A DNA stretch of 64,000 nt, taken from NCBI GenBank assembly GCA_047602425.1, contig JASGHG010000001.1, positions 1,856,001 through 1,920,000 on the forward strand, in the 5' to 3' direction. The translations under genes were made by a program, and so were the position numbers. The first letter of the stretch is position 1; each line of letters opens with the position of its first letter. Source of the stretch: Nibricoccus sp. (GTDB lineage: Bacteria > Verrucomicrobiota > Verrucomicrobiia > Opitutales > Opitutaceae). The notes under the pieces were generated by a model. It saw only the letters and a list, made by a program, of their open reading frames with translations. It did no database searches and was not told the origin of the DNA. Below are positions 1 to 9,620 of this stretch, one piece after another.

Positions 1-1010
1 CCGACCTCGACAGAGGTATTGGCGGGCAAACCGAGCCGGGCGACAAGGCGGTTGGTCTGCTGATATTTTGGATCTGTCGCCAGTTTCAGGTCGGCCAAGC
101 GGTCGGGACCAAGCTGCGATTCCATGCTGGCCAAAACCGAGTCGCGGATATTCGTGAGCTGGTCGGGCGATGACGGACCTTGGGAGATCGAGCCGTATTG
201 TTCCTCGGCAGCACGCAAGGCCTTGAACAAGGCGCGGAATTCCTGCTCGTTGGGTTTGAAGGTGCTGAGTTGCGAACGAAGCGTGCTCGCCGTGGAGCTG
301 GAGCGCAGCTCGTAGTTTTCCAATTCTTCCGGCGTGAGCACAGCCGCGAGGTCGGCCCGCTGCTCTTTTTCCAAGAGGGCGATTTTTTGCCGATCCTCAG
401 GCAACATGATGCCGTTGGCCTTGCTGTAGATTTCGTTTCGCAGATCGCCGTAGTCGCTCACGATTGCCTGCAATTGTTCGACCTTGTCCCCCGGGAGGTC
501 GCCAAACTGGCGGCGATACCATTGCTTGCGTTCTTCATCGCCCACGGCATCCGGCCCCAGCAATGCCTTCATCTCTGCCGATTGCTGTTTGTTAAGCTCG
601 CGCATCGCCGACATGAGCTTGGGGTCGAAGGAAAAATTATTGCGCTGCCAATAGGGTTCATCGGCCTGGTTCGCCAGCAGGGCCTTTCGCTGGGCCGAAT
701 AGCGTTCGCCGATCTGGGCGGCCACAATGGCACGGATCAACGACGGCGGGAAACCCGCCGCACGCAAGCGTTCGGCGAGAGCTTTGATATCGGAACTTTG
801 TAGATTGCTCCAGGTTTTGGCATCGACGCCCGCAATGGAGGAAGCGGCGCCTGGCGCGCCGGAACCATCCGGCAGATTAGCCGATACCTGCACCGTCGAT
901 AAATTGACGGATGGCCCCGTGGCCGGAGTGTTTTTCGGGCGAACCAGCAAGAAGGCCAGAGCGGCGTTGGCCGCGATCGACAATGCAAGCAACAAGGCGA
1001 GTGGTTTCAT
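1..1010 (-). CDS. Hypothetical exported/membrane-anchored protein, partial (runs off window start)
   Basis: ATG at 1010; translated by eye as MKPLALLLALSIAANAALAFLL (signal/anchor) followed by a helical body with no stop before position 1; absent from the ORF track because it is truncated. Confidence 0.75.
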   Translation of the reverse strand, partial: MKPLALLLALSIAANAALAFLLVRPKNTPATGPSVNLSTVQVSANLPDGSGAPGAASSIAGVDAKTWSNLQSSDIKALAERLRAAGFPPSLIRAIVAAQIGERYSAQRKALLANQADEPYWQRNNFSFDPKLMSAMRELNKQQSAEMKALLGPDAVGDEERKQWYRRQFGDLPGDKVEQLQAIVSDYGDLRNEIYSKANGIMLPEDRQKIALLEKEQRADLAAVLTPEELENYELRSSSTASTLRSQLSTFKPNEQEFRALFKALRAAEEQYGSISQGPSSPDQLTNIRDSVLASMESQLGPDRLADLKLATDPKYQQTNRLVARLGLPANTSVEV

Positions 1011-1081
1011 GGACGGTTAAAATATGACAGCGATTTTCCTAACCAGGTTACAGAAATTTTTGGCGATGGCTTCCGTGGTAC

Positions 1082-2329
1082 CTACTTGTCGTCAAAGCCA
1101 CACCAGTAAAGCCGGACATAACGCTCCAACTCGCTCCGATGCTCAGCACGATAGCCGACATAGTCCTTCGCCAGATCTTTGTCCACGCGGTCGAGCAGGA
1201 CAAAGGCTTCGAGCAAGCCTTCACGTTTCAAAGTCTTCAGCCCTTCTGTGACCTTTTCCCACTTTTTTAGAGCGACCTTGTCTTCGTCCTTCGGGTTTTC
1301 GGTCAATTGCAGCATGGCATTGATGGCTGCAATTTCTTCGCGAAGCGACCGGCGGGGGGTCTGTTCATTGGGATAGTTTTTGGCAAATTCCGCCTCACGC
1401 CAACCCACCGCTACGAGGTTATAACCCATGATCAAAATACCATCGTCTTCATTTACGCTGAGGATGATTTGCTTACCTTCGATTTTTGAACGCATCGCCG
1501 GAAACCGAGGGATGGTCCGCCCACGCGCTTCAGCTCGCGCTTGAAGCTGCGCCGGGAAATGTTGCCGAGTTGTACGCTGGTAAGGATCGCAAATTAAAGC
1601 GGCGAGTTTTTCGTCGAATGCTTCCTGGCTGCGGCCGAGTTTTTCCAAAGCGTCTCCCAGATAGCGGTGGGCAGTCTCAATATCCGGATCGATTGCGATC
1701 GCCTTTCTAAACCACTCGGCAGCGACAACCATGTTCCTCGCCGAAAAATGCGCGTCGCCCGCCAGAAGCGCCGCCCTGTAGTTGGTTGGTTCCAGTTCGT
1801 AGGCTTTTGCGTGGCTTTCGCCAGCCTTGGCAAAATCATGGCGGCCAAAAGCCTCCTCGCCTTCGCGCATGAGCTGGTCAACTTGTTCGCGATTGGAGAA
1901 GTGCCCTTTGGGCAAGGTCGCCTTGATGCCGTCGGGCTTGATCGTCGCCAGAAGGATCGGCGGCATCGGGTCGTCGGTTCCAAGTTTCTCCGCCTGTTCC
2001 GCAAGAGCACGCGCCCGCTTGTTCAATGCTTTGGCCTTTTCCCCATCCGACTCCTGATCAGCCTGCGAAGATAGTGCCGACGCCAACCGCGCAAGAACGA
2101 ATGTGTTTTCGGGGTGAGTCTTCAGCAATGCATCGTAAATCTCGATCGCCTCTCGATACCGGTGCGCATCCGCCAGCATTCTGGCTTCACGGACGCTGGC
2201 ACGATCAAGTGGTTCCTCAACGTCCGCCGACTTCGGCTGAGTGGTTGTAGTCGGGGCGGTGTTGGTTGAGGTACATCCGGAAACAAACACCAATGAAACC
2301 GCCCAAAAAAAGGCAATCGGGGTGCGCAT
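1082..2329 (-). CDS. TPR-repeat lipoprotein
   Basis: Start re-assigned to MRTPIAFF; lipobox-like FVSGC; TPR-like segments (AYELEPTNYRAALLAGDA, AIAIDPDIETAHRYLGDAL). Confidence 0.75.
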   Translation of the reverse strand: MRTPIAFFWAVSLVFVSGCTSTNTAPTTTTQPKSADVEEPLDRASVREARMLADAHRYREAIEIYDALLKTHPENTFVLARLASALSSQADQESDGEKAKALNKRARALAEQAEKLGTDDPMPPILLATIKPDGIKATLPKGHFSNREQVDQLMREGEEAFGRHDFAKAGESHAKAYELEPTNYRAALLAGDAHFSARNMVVAAEWFRKAIAIDPDIETAHRYLGDALEKLGRSQEAFDEKLAALICDPYQRTTRQHFPAQLQARAEARGRTIPRFPAMRSKIEGKQIILSVNEDDGILIMGYNLVAVGWREAEFAKNYPNEQTPRRSLREEIAAINAMLQLTENPKDEDKVALKKWEKVTEGLKTLKREGLLEAFVLLDRVDKDLAKDYVGYRAEHRSELERYVRLYWCGFDDK

Positions 2330-2384
2330 GGGAAAAGAAATAACCGTACCAATTGCCAGTGGCAAGATTCCAAATCCAAGAGGT

Positions 2385-5300
2385 CTAATCGAACACGCAG
2401 AGTTTCTCGATACCGGCGGCGGACCCGTCGCGGAGCCAGCCGTCGAGTTGGGCCTGGTCCTTGAGCTGTTGGCCGCGCGCACGCGGGACCGCGAGGAAAC
2501 GAATCTCGGCATCGTGCAGCGTCGTCATGTCGCCCCAGAGTTTTTCAAATTGCGCGACCGGGAAAATATCCTCCTGGCCGTTTCCCCAACGTTTCTTCAC
2601 ATCCTTGAGCGTCACATAGCTCGGCATCTTCGCACCAAGCGCACGTACAGCGGTCGCGATCCGCTGGGAATCACTCAGCAATCGGCGGTCGAGCCCGAAA
2701 AGTTCCAGCAGCGAGTCGATGTGAATCCACGTCGTGAGGGTGTTGTAATAGGAGAGCTTAAATTCGTCCTCTTCGCGGGCAAGGGCGAGGCCTTCGACGA
2801 GGCGCAACTGGCCATTCACCCGGGCGAGGCCGCCGCCGCGGTCCTCGATGCGACGCTGGATCACCTCGATGCTGAGCGCGGCTCCTTCGAGTATGTGTTT
2901 TCCGAATACAGTGGGATCGAGGTTGGCGCCAAGCGTGTCGATGTTGTGCAGGAGCAAATGCTCCAAATCGGGTTGGGCGGCGAGCAAGTCGCGGAGCACA
3001 CCATTGAGAAGCAGGTTCGCCACTTCGTACCAGTGGCCGACCGGATGCAGACATTGCAACGGAAGATTGTCGGTGTAATCCGAGGCCTCACCGGTGGAAC
3101 TTGCCCATTCGATCAGTGCTTTATGCAGGCTCTGGCGGACTTTTTCCTTTTGTGGATCAAGCTGCTGGTGCGGCATTTCCTCGTAGGCAAAACGCAGGTC
3201 TCGCGCGGTCGGCACCAGACGCAGGCCGATCGAGCGACCGGGCGAAAGAATCACGCGACCGTTGTAGTTATAGTTTTTATCCGCAGCCAGCATCGCTTCG
3301 ATCGGCGCATGCGTGAGGTGGCTCGTCGTGAAAATATGGGGAACCGCCACACCGCAAAGCAGACCAGTGGCGCGACTCTTGGCGAGGTGCGTTTCGATGA
3401 AGCTGCGATGACGGCCGCAGAGTTTTGCGAAGGGATGCAGCGCCTTCACTGTGCCTGCACCCTGGGTCCAGCGGCTTCCCGCGCCCGCGGCGAGCGTAAC
3501 GACGGCGGCGCGACCTTCACGCAAGGCCTCAAGGCCGACTTTTTCGGCATGGGCATCGATACTATAGAGCGGCACGACGTCATCCGCGCGCACGTCTTCG
3601 ACCCCGGCAGTCGCGGGCAGGCGATTCTGCGCGAGCCCGATCCGTCCGGCGCGGAGATCGTCGCGAATCTGTTCGTGCTGCACGGCATCAAAGCCATTTT
3701 CGGCCAGCAGCTCACGGAGTCCGCGGACGGCGCCTGCTTGGTTTGTTCCTTTATTATGGATCGGTTCAGGCAGGATGCGCTGCATCATTGGAGCCAGCAG
3801 CGAGCGTTCGCCGGAAGCGTAGAGTTGGGTTCCGGAAAACCGGTCCATTTCGCGGCGCACTTCGGGGCGCAGCGTGCGCGGATCCTGGCGAAGCCAGCGG
3901 GGAACGGCAAAGAGGTAAAACTCCGGCGAGAGCATTGCCTCTGAGCCGGTATGCAACGCGGCGTGTGAACCGTTTTCGTTGATTTCGAAATCGTACACGA
4001 CTGGATCCATCGCGAAAGGCAGCGAGGCCTCAAGCGAGCGCTTGGTGCGCGTCATGATTTCCAGCAATTTGTCGCGCGCTTCGGCTTTTGCCGCCGGATC
4101 GACAAAGAAACCCATGCCTCCGCCCGACATGCCACCGAGCATGATAAACCCGCGGAATTTTGCGCCTAGCGTCTGTTTCGCTTCCGCGATCAGCCGCTCC
4201 GTGTAAGCCGTGCTGGCCCAGGGAATGATCGTCTGGATCGGGCCGAAGAAATTCCGCGTCGTGAGCTCGGCAACCCTGGCGACATCGCCGGAACGAAGGA
4301 CGACGACGATGTCGTTCAGGATTTTTTGCGCCTCCTGGCGGGCGAGCCACTCGCGTTCGAGTTTCAACAAATATTTCTCGGTGACCATCTCCAGGATGGG
4401 ACCGACGTTTTGCGACATGCCGCCATGGACGAGGATGAGACTGTCCTGAAGCTCACGTCGTGTTTTTTCGGATACAATGTCCGGACCGAAAATGGTGTGC
4501 TGCGGCAAAAGCCTGCCGCGGCTTGTATCGTGCTCAAGATCACCCGCCACCGCAGCCACGCCCTCGATGAGCTTAATGCCAGGCCAGACCCCGCCGGAAT
4601 CCTGCCAGCCGCCGCCGGAACCACCGAGCCATTCTCCGAGAATCGCGCGACTCAAGATGGTGCGACGTTCGCTTTCCGAAAGCTTGCCCGTCAGCGAAGC
4701 CGTCTGGCCGGTCGCGCGCATGCAGAGGGAAATTAGGCAGCCCAGAAGGTTCGTCGAAACAGCAAGGCGCGAGCCTTTCGGGATGTTGCGCACCTGGCTC
4801 ACAATTTCCAAACCGCGACCGGGACCGCACAGCCGGGCGAGAAGGTCGGAAAGATTCTGCCCTGAACCTTCGAGGCCTGATGGCACCAAACCCGACGCGA
4901 TCACGGCGGCTTTGAGCAAGCCGAGATAGTCTTTTGCGAAATCAAAAACGTCCTCCAGCGAACGCACATCGGCCGTCGCCCCAAGATCGACGCTCGTCAG
5001 CCTAAGGACTGGTTCGTCAATTACCCTCAAAAAGGCACAAACGGGCGGACGCGCAGCCGTGTCACGGCCGTGCACGCCGAGATTGACGGAGATATTGAGC
5101 ACCTTTGCACCCTCGGGAAAATCCATGCCGAGGAAGAAAATATCGCTCCATGCCGCGTGGCTAAGATCGAGGCGCACGGCCGTTTCCTCGGAAAGTACGG
5201 GCATCGGCTCCTCGGGCGAGGCGCGCTCGAGGAATTCGCGTCGCAAACGCAATGGATAATCGAGGGTGTGACCCGTGCGAAACATCCACTGATTGCCGCG

Positions 5301-5714
5301 GACCGAGCGCACGGTTTTCTGGACTTGTTGTGCGAGCGTCTTGAACGCCAGGCCGTGATAAGCGACAGCAATGGCGCTGCTCAGTCCGTCGGTCCAGCCG
5401 TGCTTGCGTTGAAATTCAAGAAATACGCCCAGCGCTTCCTCGAAACGGCGCGCGAGGCAATGCTTATGTCCCTCGAATGGAATCGCGCCACCGGCGTCGG
5501 CTGGATAATGCGGTGGCAAAAAATAACGATGCAGCGCCTCGAGAAAAAAGATCGCGCGAACCCGATGGTAGAAATTCGTCGCCCGCTGCCGGTAAATTTC
5601 GAGGTCGGTCGCAATGCGTTCGAGTCCGGCGCGATCGGAGGCGCGGCAGAGTGTTTCAAAATAGTCGGAGCCGCCGTCGGCGCCTTCCACGAGAGCGAGA
5701 AGTCGGTTGTCCAC
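2385..5714 (-). CDS. Fusion of GHMP (fucokinase-like) sugar kinase and UDP-sugar pyrophosphorylase (UDPGP family)
   Basis: N-half: VRLDLSHAAWSD, IPKGSRLAVS, GGWQD, GGMSGGG (variant GHMP motifs); C-half: LAAGAGSR..K, PVGHW, HNIDTL (UDPGP-family motifs). Confidence 0.75.
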   Translation of the reverse strand: MDNRLLALVEGADGGSDYFETLCRASDRAGLERIATDLEIYRQRATNFYHRVRAIFFLEALHRYFLPPHYPADAGGAIPFEGHKHCLARRFEEALGVFLEFQRKHGWTDGLSSAIAVAYHGLAFKTLAQQVQKTVRSVRGNQWMFRTGHTLDYPLRLRREFLERASPEEPMPVLSEETAVRLDLSHAAWSDIFFLGMDFPEGAKVLNISVNLGVHGRDTAARPPVCAFLRVIDEPVLRLTSVDLGATADVRSLEDVFDFAKDYLGLLKAAVIASGLVPSGLEGSGQNLSDLLARLCGPGRGLEIVSQVRNIPKGSRLAVSTNLLGCLISLCMRATGQTASLTGKLSESERRTILSRAILGEWLGGSGGGWQDSGGVWPGIKLIEGVAAVAGDLEHDTSRGRLLPQHTIFGPDIVSEKTRRELQDSLILVHGGMSQNVGPILEMVTEKYLLKLEREWLARQEAQKILNDIVVVLRSGDVARVAELTTRNFFGPIQTIIPWASTAYTERLIAEAKQTLGAKFRGFIMLGGMSGGGMGFFVDPAAKAEARDKLLEIMTRTKRSLEASLPFAMDPVVYDFEINENGSHAALHTGSEAMLSPEFYLFAVPRWLRQDPRTLRPEVRREMDRFSGTQLYASGERSLLAPMMQRILPEPIHNKGTNQAGAVRGLRELLAENGFDAVQHEQIRDDLRAGRIGLAQNRLPATAGVEDVRADDVVPLYSIDAHAEKVGLEALREGRAAVVTLAAGAGSRWTQGAGTVKALHPFAKLCGRHRSFIETHLAKSRATGLLCGVAVPHIFTTSHLTHAPIEAMLAADKNYNYNGRVILSPGRSIGLRLVPTARDLRFAYEEMPHQQLDPQKEKVRQSLHKALIEWASSTGEASDYTDNLPLQCLHPVGHWYEVANLLLNGVLRDLLAAQPDLEHLLLHNIDTLGANLDPTVFGKHILEGAALSIEVIQRRIEDRGGGLARVNGQLRLVEGLALAREEDEFKLSYYNTLTTWIHIDSLLELFGLDRRLLSDSQRIATAVRALGAKMPSYVTLKDVKKRWGNGQEDIFPVAQFEKLWGDMTTLHDAEIRFLAVPRARGQQLKDQAQLDGWLRDGSAAGIEKLCVFD

Positions 5715-5722
5715 GGTGAGTA

Positions 5723-6589
5723 TTAACGGCGGGTGAGCGATTTGGCAGCGTCGGTGGCCAGTTCGTCAGCCAGCAACGCGAGGATTTCCTCGCGAGCCGA
5801 ACCATTGAGACCGAGGGCAATCTGCGCGCGCAAAACGCCAAACTGCGCCTCCAGGTCGGCACGGCGTCCGGCGAGTTCGGCAGCGAGGTATTTTTCGCGG
5901 GTCGGCAGCCGGGCCAGCGCCTGCGATAGGCCGATTTTTGCCGTCGGATTCGCGGCGGCATCCTCCGCCAGCAGGGTGAACACGGTCGGCGTGAACACAT
6001 GCATGCCGAAGAAACAAAGATAATGTCCGCTGCGCAGGCCGGGCACAACGCACTGCTGCTCCGCCACGGTCGGCGTGGGTTTTTCGATCACATTTTCAAT
6101 TTGGTACAAACCATGCCGTCCCGGCAAAAGCGAACCAGCTACGGTGCCATAATAAGGCAGATGACGCTCATGCGTGGCCTGCACCGCCGAGATCGAACAA
6201 CCTTCGGTACCCGCAATGCCGAGCAATTGACGCGTGCAGCTTTTTTCGATGCTGCTCACATAAAGATGATCGCTGACCTGGAGTAGAAAAGGTTCGGAAC
6301 AAACAAAGTCGCGGCCACACAACACCGCGTGCCCATAACCATTTGCCACCTTCTGCTCGATGAACGTTATGCTCCGCGCGTAGGGCGAAAGAAGGTTTTC
6401 GTACGCCGCCCGGTCCACTGAGGAGACGATGAGACCGATTTGTTCGATGCCCGCGGCCAGCATTTCCTCTATGATGATGGCCATGGCTGGCTTGGTGTCG
6501 CCATTGCGGTCGGTGAGAGATTGTAGAGGGAGCCTGCGCTGGCTGGGTCCCGCGGCGGTGATGATCGCTTTCCGGATTTTGGCGGTCAT
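5723..6589 (-). CDS. Sugar-phosphate nucleotidyltransferase (GalU-like)
   Basis: Start MTAKIRKAIITAAG; EQ...GYGHAV and IEKP motifs of NTP transferases; co-directional, ending 8 bp before the kinase fusion start. Confidence 0.8.
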   Translation of the reverse strand: MTAKIRKAIITAAGPSQRRLPLQSLTDRNGDTKPAMAIIIEEMLAAGIEQIGLIVSSVDRAAYENLLSPYARSITFIEQKVANGYGHAVLCGRDFVCSEPFLLQVSDHLYVSSIEKSCTRQLLGIAGTEGCSISAVQATHERHLPYYGTVAGSLLPGRHGLYQIENVIEKPTPTVAEQQCVVPGLRSGHYLCFFGMHVFTPTVFTLLAEDAAANPTAKIGLSQALARLPTREKYLAAELAGRRADLEAQFGVLRAQIALGLNGSAREEILALLADELATDAAKSLTRR

Positions 6590-6679
6590 GAGAAAACATC
6601 GAAGATCGGTTTTTTCTTGATATCGCGCAACTAAGAAAACCCGTTCGACTTTCCGCGCCAGTCGTTTGTGCTTAGCCGT

Positions 6680-7612
6680 ATGCCCGCCCTTTCGCGCGCC
6701 GAACTTTCCGATTCCCTGATCAAACGTCTCTCCTGGGACGAACTCGACCTCGCGTACCTGCGACGACTGGTCGAAATCGCCCGCGATGAAGATCTCGCCG
6801 GCCTTGGCCTCCGTGCCAAACCACGCAAAACCGGCGACCGCTCCACTGGCAGCATCTCCACCACCCCGCGCCACAGCTCCGCCGATCTCGTCGCCCGCGA
6901 ACCCCTCGTTGTCTGCGGCCTCCCGCTCCTACCGCTCGTCCTAAAAAGTTACGGCGGCAACGCCATCGCCCAGCTTCGCACTCGTGATGGCACGCTGCTA
7001 AAACGCGGCGACGTTCTCGCGACGCTCACCGGCGATCCACGCGTGCTGCTCGCGGCCGAGCGCATCGTGCTCAATTTCCTTCAACGCCTTTCTGGCATCG
7101 CCACGCAAACTAAAATCTACGTCGACGCCCTCGGCTCGTCGCGTACCCGGTTGTTGGATACACGCAAAACCACACCCGGCTACCGCATGCTGGAAAAATA
7201 CGCGGTGGCCTGCGGTGGCGGCTGGAACCACCGGCTCGGGCTCTTCGACCGCGTGATGCTCAAGGACAATCACCTCGCGCTCCTCGGTTCCAGCGACGAT
7301 CTTTCCGCGGCCGTCGCCCGCGCCAAAAAGGCTACGCCCGACCTCGCCGTGGAAGTGGAGGTCGACCGCCTCGACCAGATTCCCCCTGTGCTCGCGGCGG
7401 GCGCCGACATCATCCTCCTCGATAACTTCTCGCCCGCGCAATTGCGCAAGGCCATCGCGCTCATCGGCGGACAGGCTTTCACCGAAGCCAGCGGAGGCAT
7501 CACACTGAAAACGTTGCCCAAACTCGCGAACCTCGGACTCGATTTCGCCTCCACCGGCGCCCTTGTCCACCAAAGCGCCTGGGTCGACATCGGCCTCGAC
7601 TGGCGCACCTGA
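6680..7612 (+). CDS. nadC: Nicotinate-nucleotide diphosphorylase (carboxylating)
   Basis: [54 protein letters not shown]. Confidence 0.95.
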   Translation: MPALSRAELSDSLIKRLSWDELDLAYLRRLVEIARDEDLAGLGLRAKPRKTGDRSTGSISTTPRHSSADLVAREPLVVCGLPLLPLVLKSYGGNAIAQLRTRDGTLLKRGDVLATLTGDPRVLLAAERIVLNFLQRLSGIATQTKIYVDALGSSRTRLLDTRKTTPGYRMLEKYAVACGGGWNHRLGLFDRVMLKDNHLALLGSSDDLSAAVARAKKATPDLAVEVEVDRLDQIPPVLAAGADIILLDNFSPAQLRKAIALIGGQAFTEASGGITLKTLPKLANLGLDFASTGALVHQSAWVDIGLDWRT

Positions 7613-7614
7613 CC

Positions 7615-8637
7615 ATGCCCCGCAACCAATCCACCAGCAACTCGGAGATCACGATCCTGCGCGAACTTTTAGCGCACGAAGATGGTTATTTCTCCGGCAG
7701 CGCGCTGGCCGACGAGCTCAAGATGAGCCGCGTGTCGGTCTGGCAGCACATGGAAAAACTGCGCGAGCAGGGCTTCGAATTCGAGGCCGTGCGAGCCAAA
7801 GGCTACCGGCTGGTGAAACAACCCGCCGGCCTGAATGCCTTGCTAATCGAGGCACGCCTGGCGCCGCAAAAACCGGCCGCGGGTTTTCTGTGTTTCGAAA
7901 CAATCGACAGCACCAACGACGAGGCCGCCCGCCAACTTGCCGCCGGACGCTCCGCGCCTTTCGTGGTCGTCTCGCGCCAGCAGACCCGTGGTCGTGGACG
8001 CTTCGGCCGAGTCTGGCACAGCGAGGACAACGGCAATCTCTACCTCAGCTTCGCGTTCCGCCCGCAACTCCCCCCCGAGCGCATGCAAACCTTTACGCTC
8101 TGGATGGGCGTCAACATCTGCGATTTTGTCGCGAGCTACGCCAAAATTTCTCCCGGGCTGAAATGGCCCAACGACATTCTTTTCAACGAACGCAAGGCTG
8201 GCGGCATGCTCACCGAGGCCCGCATCGATTCCGATCAAATTCGCGATCTCGTTTTCGGACTCGGCCTCAACATCAACAGCGAGGCCTCCAACTTCCCCCC
8301 CGACGTCGCAAAACGCGCCGTTTCGCTCTCTGCGCACGCCAAGACGCCGCTTGACCTCAACAAGCTTGCCGCCGCGGTCGTTGGACGCGTGCTCGACGCC
8401 TACAACCAGTTCGTTGATGGAAAATACCGCGACACTTTCGCCGATCTCTGGAATCGCTTCGACCACCTCCGTGGCAAACCGGTCTCCCTTCAGCACGGCA
8501 GCCAGCAGATCCACGGCACCGCACTCGGCATCGATGAGGAAGGGTCGCTCATCGTGCGCACCGACAAAGGCAAAACCGAACGCTTCCGCGCCGGCGAAGT
8601 GACGATGTCGAAGAAACCGGCCGACCAAAAAACATAA
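7615..8637 (+). CDS. birA: Bifunctional biotin repressor / biotin-protein ligase
   Basis: N-terminal HTH (SGSALADELKMSRVSVWQH), DSTN, QTRGRGRFGRVW, KWPND, KAGG. Confidence 0.95.
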   Translation: MPRNQSTSNSEITILRELLAHEDGYFSGSALADELKMSRVSVWQHMEKLREQGFEFEAVRAKGYRLVKQPAGLNALLIEARLAPQKPAAGFLCFETIDSTNDEAARQLAAGRSAPFVVVSRQQTRGRGRFGRVWHSEDNGNLYLSFAFRPQLPPERMQTFTLWMGVNICDFVASYAKISPGLKWPNDILFNERKAGGMLTEARIDSDQIRDLVFGLGLNINSEASNFPPDVAKRAVSLSAHAKTPLDLNKLAAAVVGRVLDAYNQFVDGKYRDTFADLWNRFDHLRGKPVSLQHGSQQIHGTALGIDEEGSLIVRTDKGKTERFRAGEVTMSKKPADQKT

Positions 8638-8643
8638 ACAGAT

Positions 8644-8806
8644 TTTGCCACAGAGGACACAGAGCTCAGACACAAAGTTCACAGAGATCCTAAACAATAG
8701 CGCCATGCGCCCCATTTCGAAACATTTCTATACCACCAAAAAAATATAGATTATTTGATGGCCTCCCTCCTACTCTGTGTCGGAGCTCTGTGGCCTCTGT
8801 GGCAAA
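8644..8806. repeat. 34-bp imperfect inverted repeat pair (MITE/REP-like)
   Basis: TTTGCCACAGAGGACACAGAGCTCAGACACAAAG (8644-8677) matches the reverse complement of 8773-8806 at 31/34 positions; 95-bp spacer. Confidence 0.8.
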
Positions 8807-8836
8807 TGCCTTGTTTGTTTTTTCCCAATAATCTCC

Positions 8837-9607
8837 ATGCTCCTCTGTATCGACATTGGCAATACATCCACCCATTACGGCGTCGTTGGCGACGATGGCG
8901 CGCTGTTCATGCGCCATCTGCCCACCAAAAAAATCGACGATCCAACCGAGGGCATGGGCCCTGAATGCGAAAAGATTCTTGCCGCGGATTCGTCGATCAA
9001 AGGCGTGGCTTTTTGCTCCGTCGTTCCCGAGGCCAGCAAGCGCCTACTTAACGTCTTCGCCCGCGGCTTGCGCGTGCCGCATTTTCAGCTCACGCACGAA
9101 AAGAAACTCGGCGTGCCCATCACCTACCCGCGACCGGCCGAGATCGGTCAAGACCGCCTCGCCAATGCCGCCGGGGCCAAAGCGCTCGTTGAGATTCCCG
9201 CCATCGTCATCGATATGGGCACCGCTGTCACCTTCGACATTGTCACGCCTTCGCTCGGTTATGAAGGCGGCATCATCGCCCCCGGTGTCGAGGTCATGCG
9301 GCGTTACCTGCACGAGCAAACCGCGTTGCTGCCCGAACTCGACGAGAACATTGACGTACCACGCACCATCGGCAAATCCACGATGGAAGCCATGCGCATC
9401 GGCACGGTCATCGGCTTCGGCGGCATGATCCAAGCGCTACTCGATGCCGTGCAAAGCGAACTTGTCGCCCGCGGCGAAAAAGCCCCGCATATTCTTACCA
9501 CGGGTGGCAGCGCGGCTTTGCTTGAGAAAATTTTGCGCACCCCACACCGCGTCGTGCCCGACATCACCCTACGCGGACTCGCCGCGGCGTGGGAGCTAAA
9601 TTGTTAG
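8837..9607 (+). CDS. coaX: Type III pantothenate kinase
   Basis: LLCIDIGNT, IGQDR, VIDMGTAVTFD, GGIIAPG, TTGG. Confidence 0.95.
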   Translation: MLLCIDIGNTSTHYGVVGDDGALFMRHLPTKKIDDPTEGMGPECEKILAADSSIKGVAFCSVVPEASKRLLNVFARGLRVPHFQLTHEKKLGVPITYPRPAEIGQDRLANAAGAKALVEIPAIVIDMGTAVTFDIVTPSLGYEGGIIAPGVEVMRRYLHEQTALLPELDENIDVPRTIGKSTMEAMRIGTVIGFGGMIQALLDAVQSELVARGEKAPHILTTGGSAALLEKILRTPHRVVPDITLRGLAAAWELNC

Positions 9608-9620
9608 TTCTGGATATTGT

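Noticed and set aside
2241..3944. 567-aa plus-strand ORF
   Set aside because: Antisense shadow of the kinase-pyrophosphorylase gene; no motifs; expected in GC-rich DNA.
6590..6874. N-terminal extension of the nucleotidyltransferase ORF (likewise the ORF-track starts at 2512, 11267, 31700, 45998)
   Set aside because: Extensions overlap neighbouring genes or precede the family-typical N-terminus; downstream ATGs fit better.
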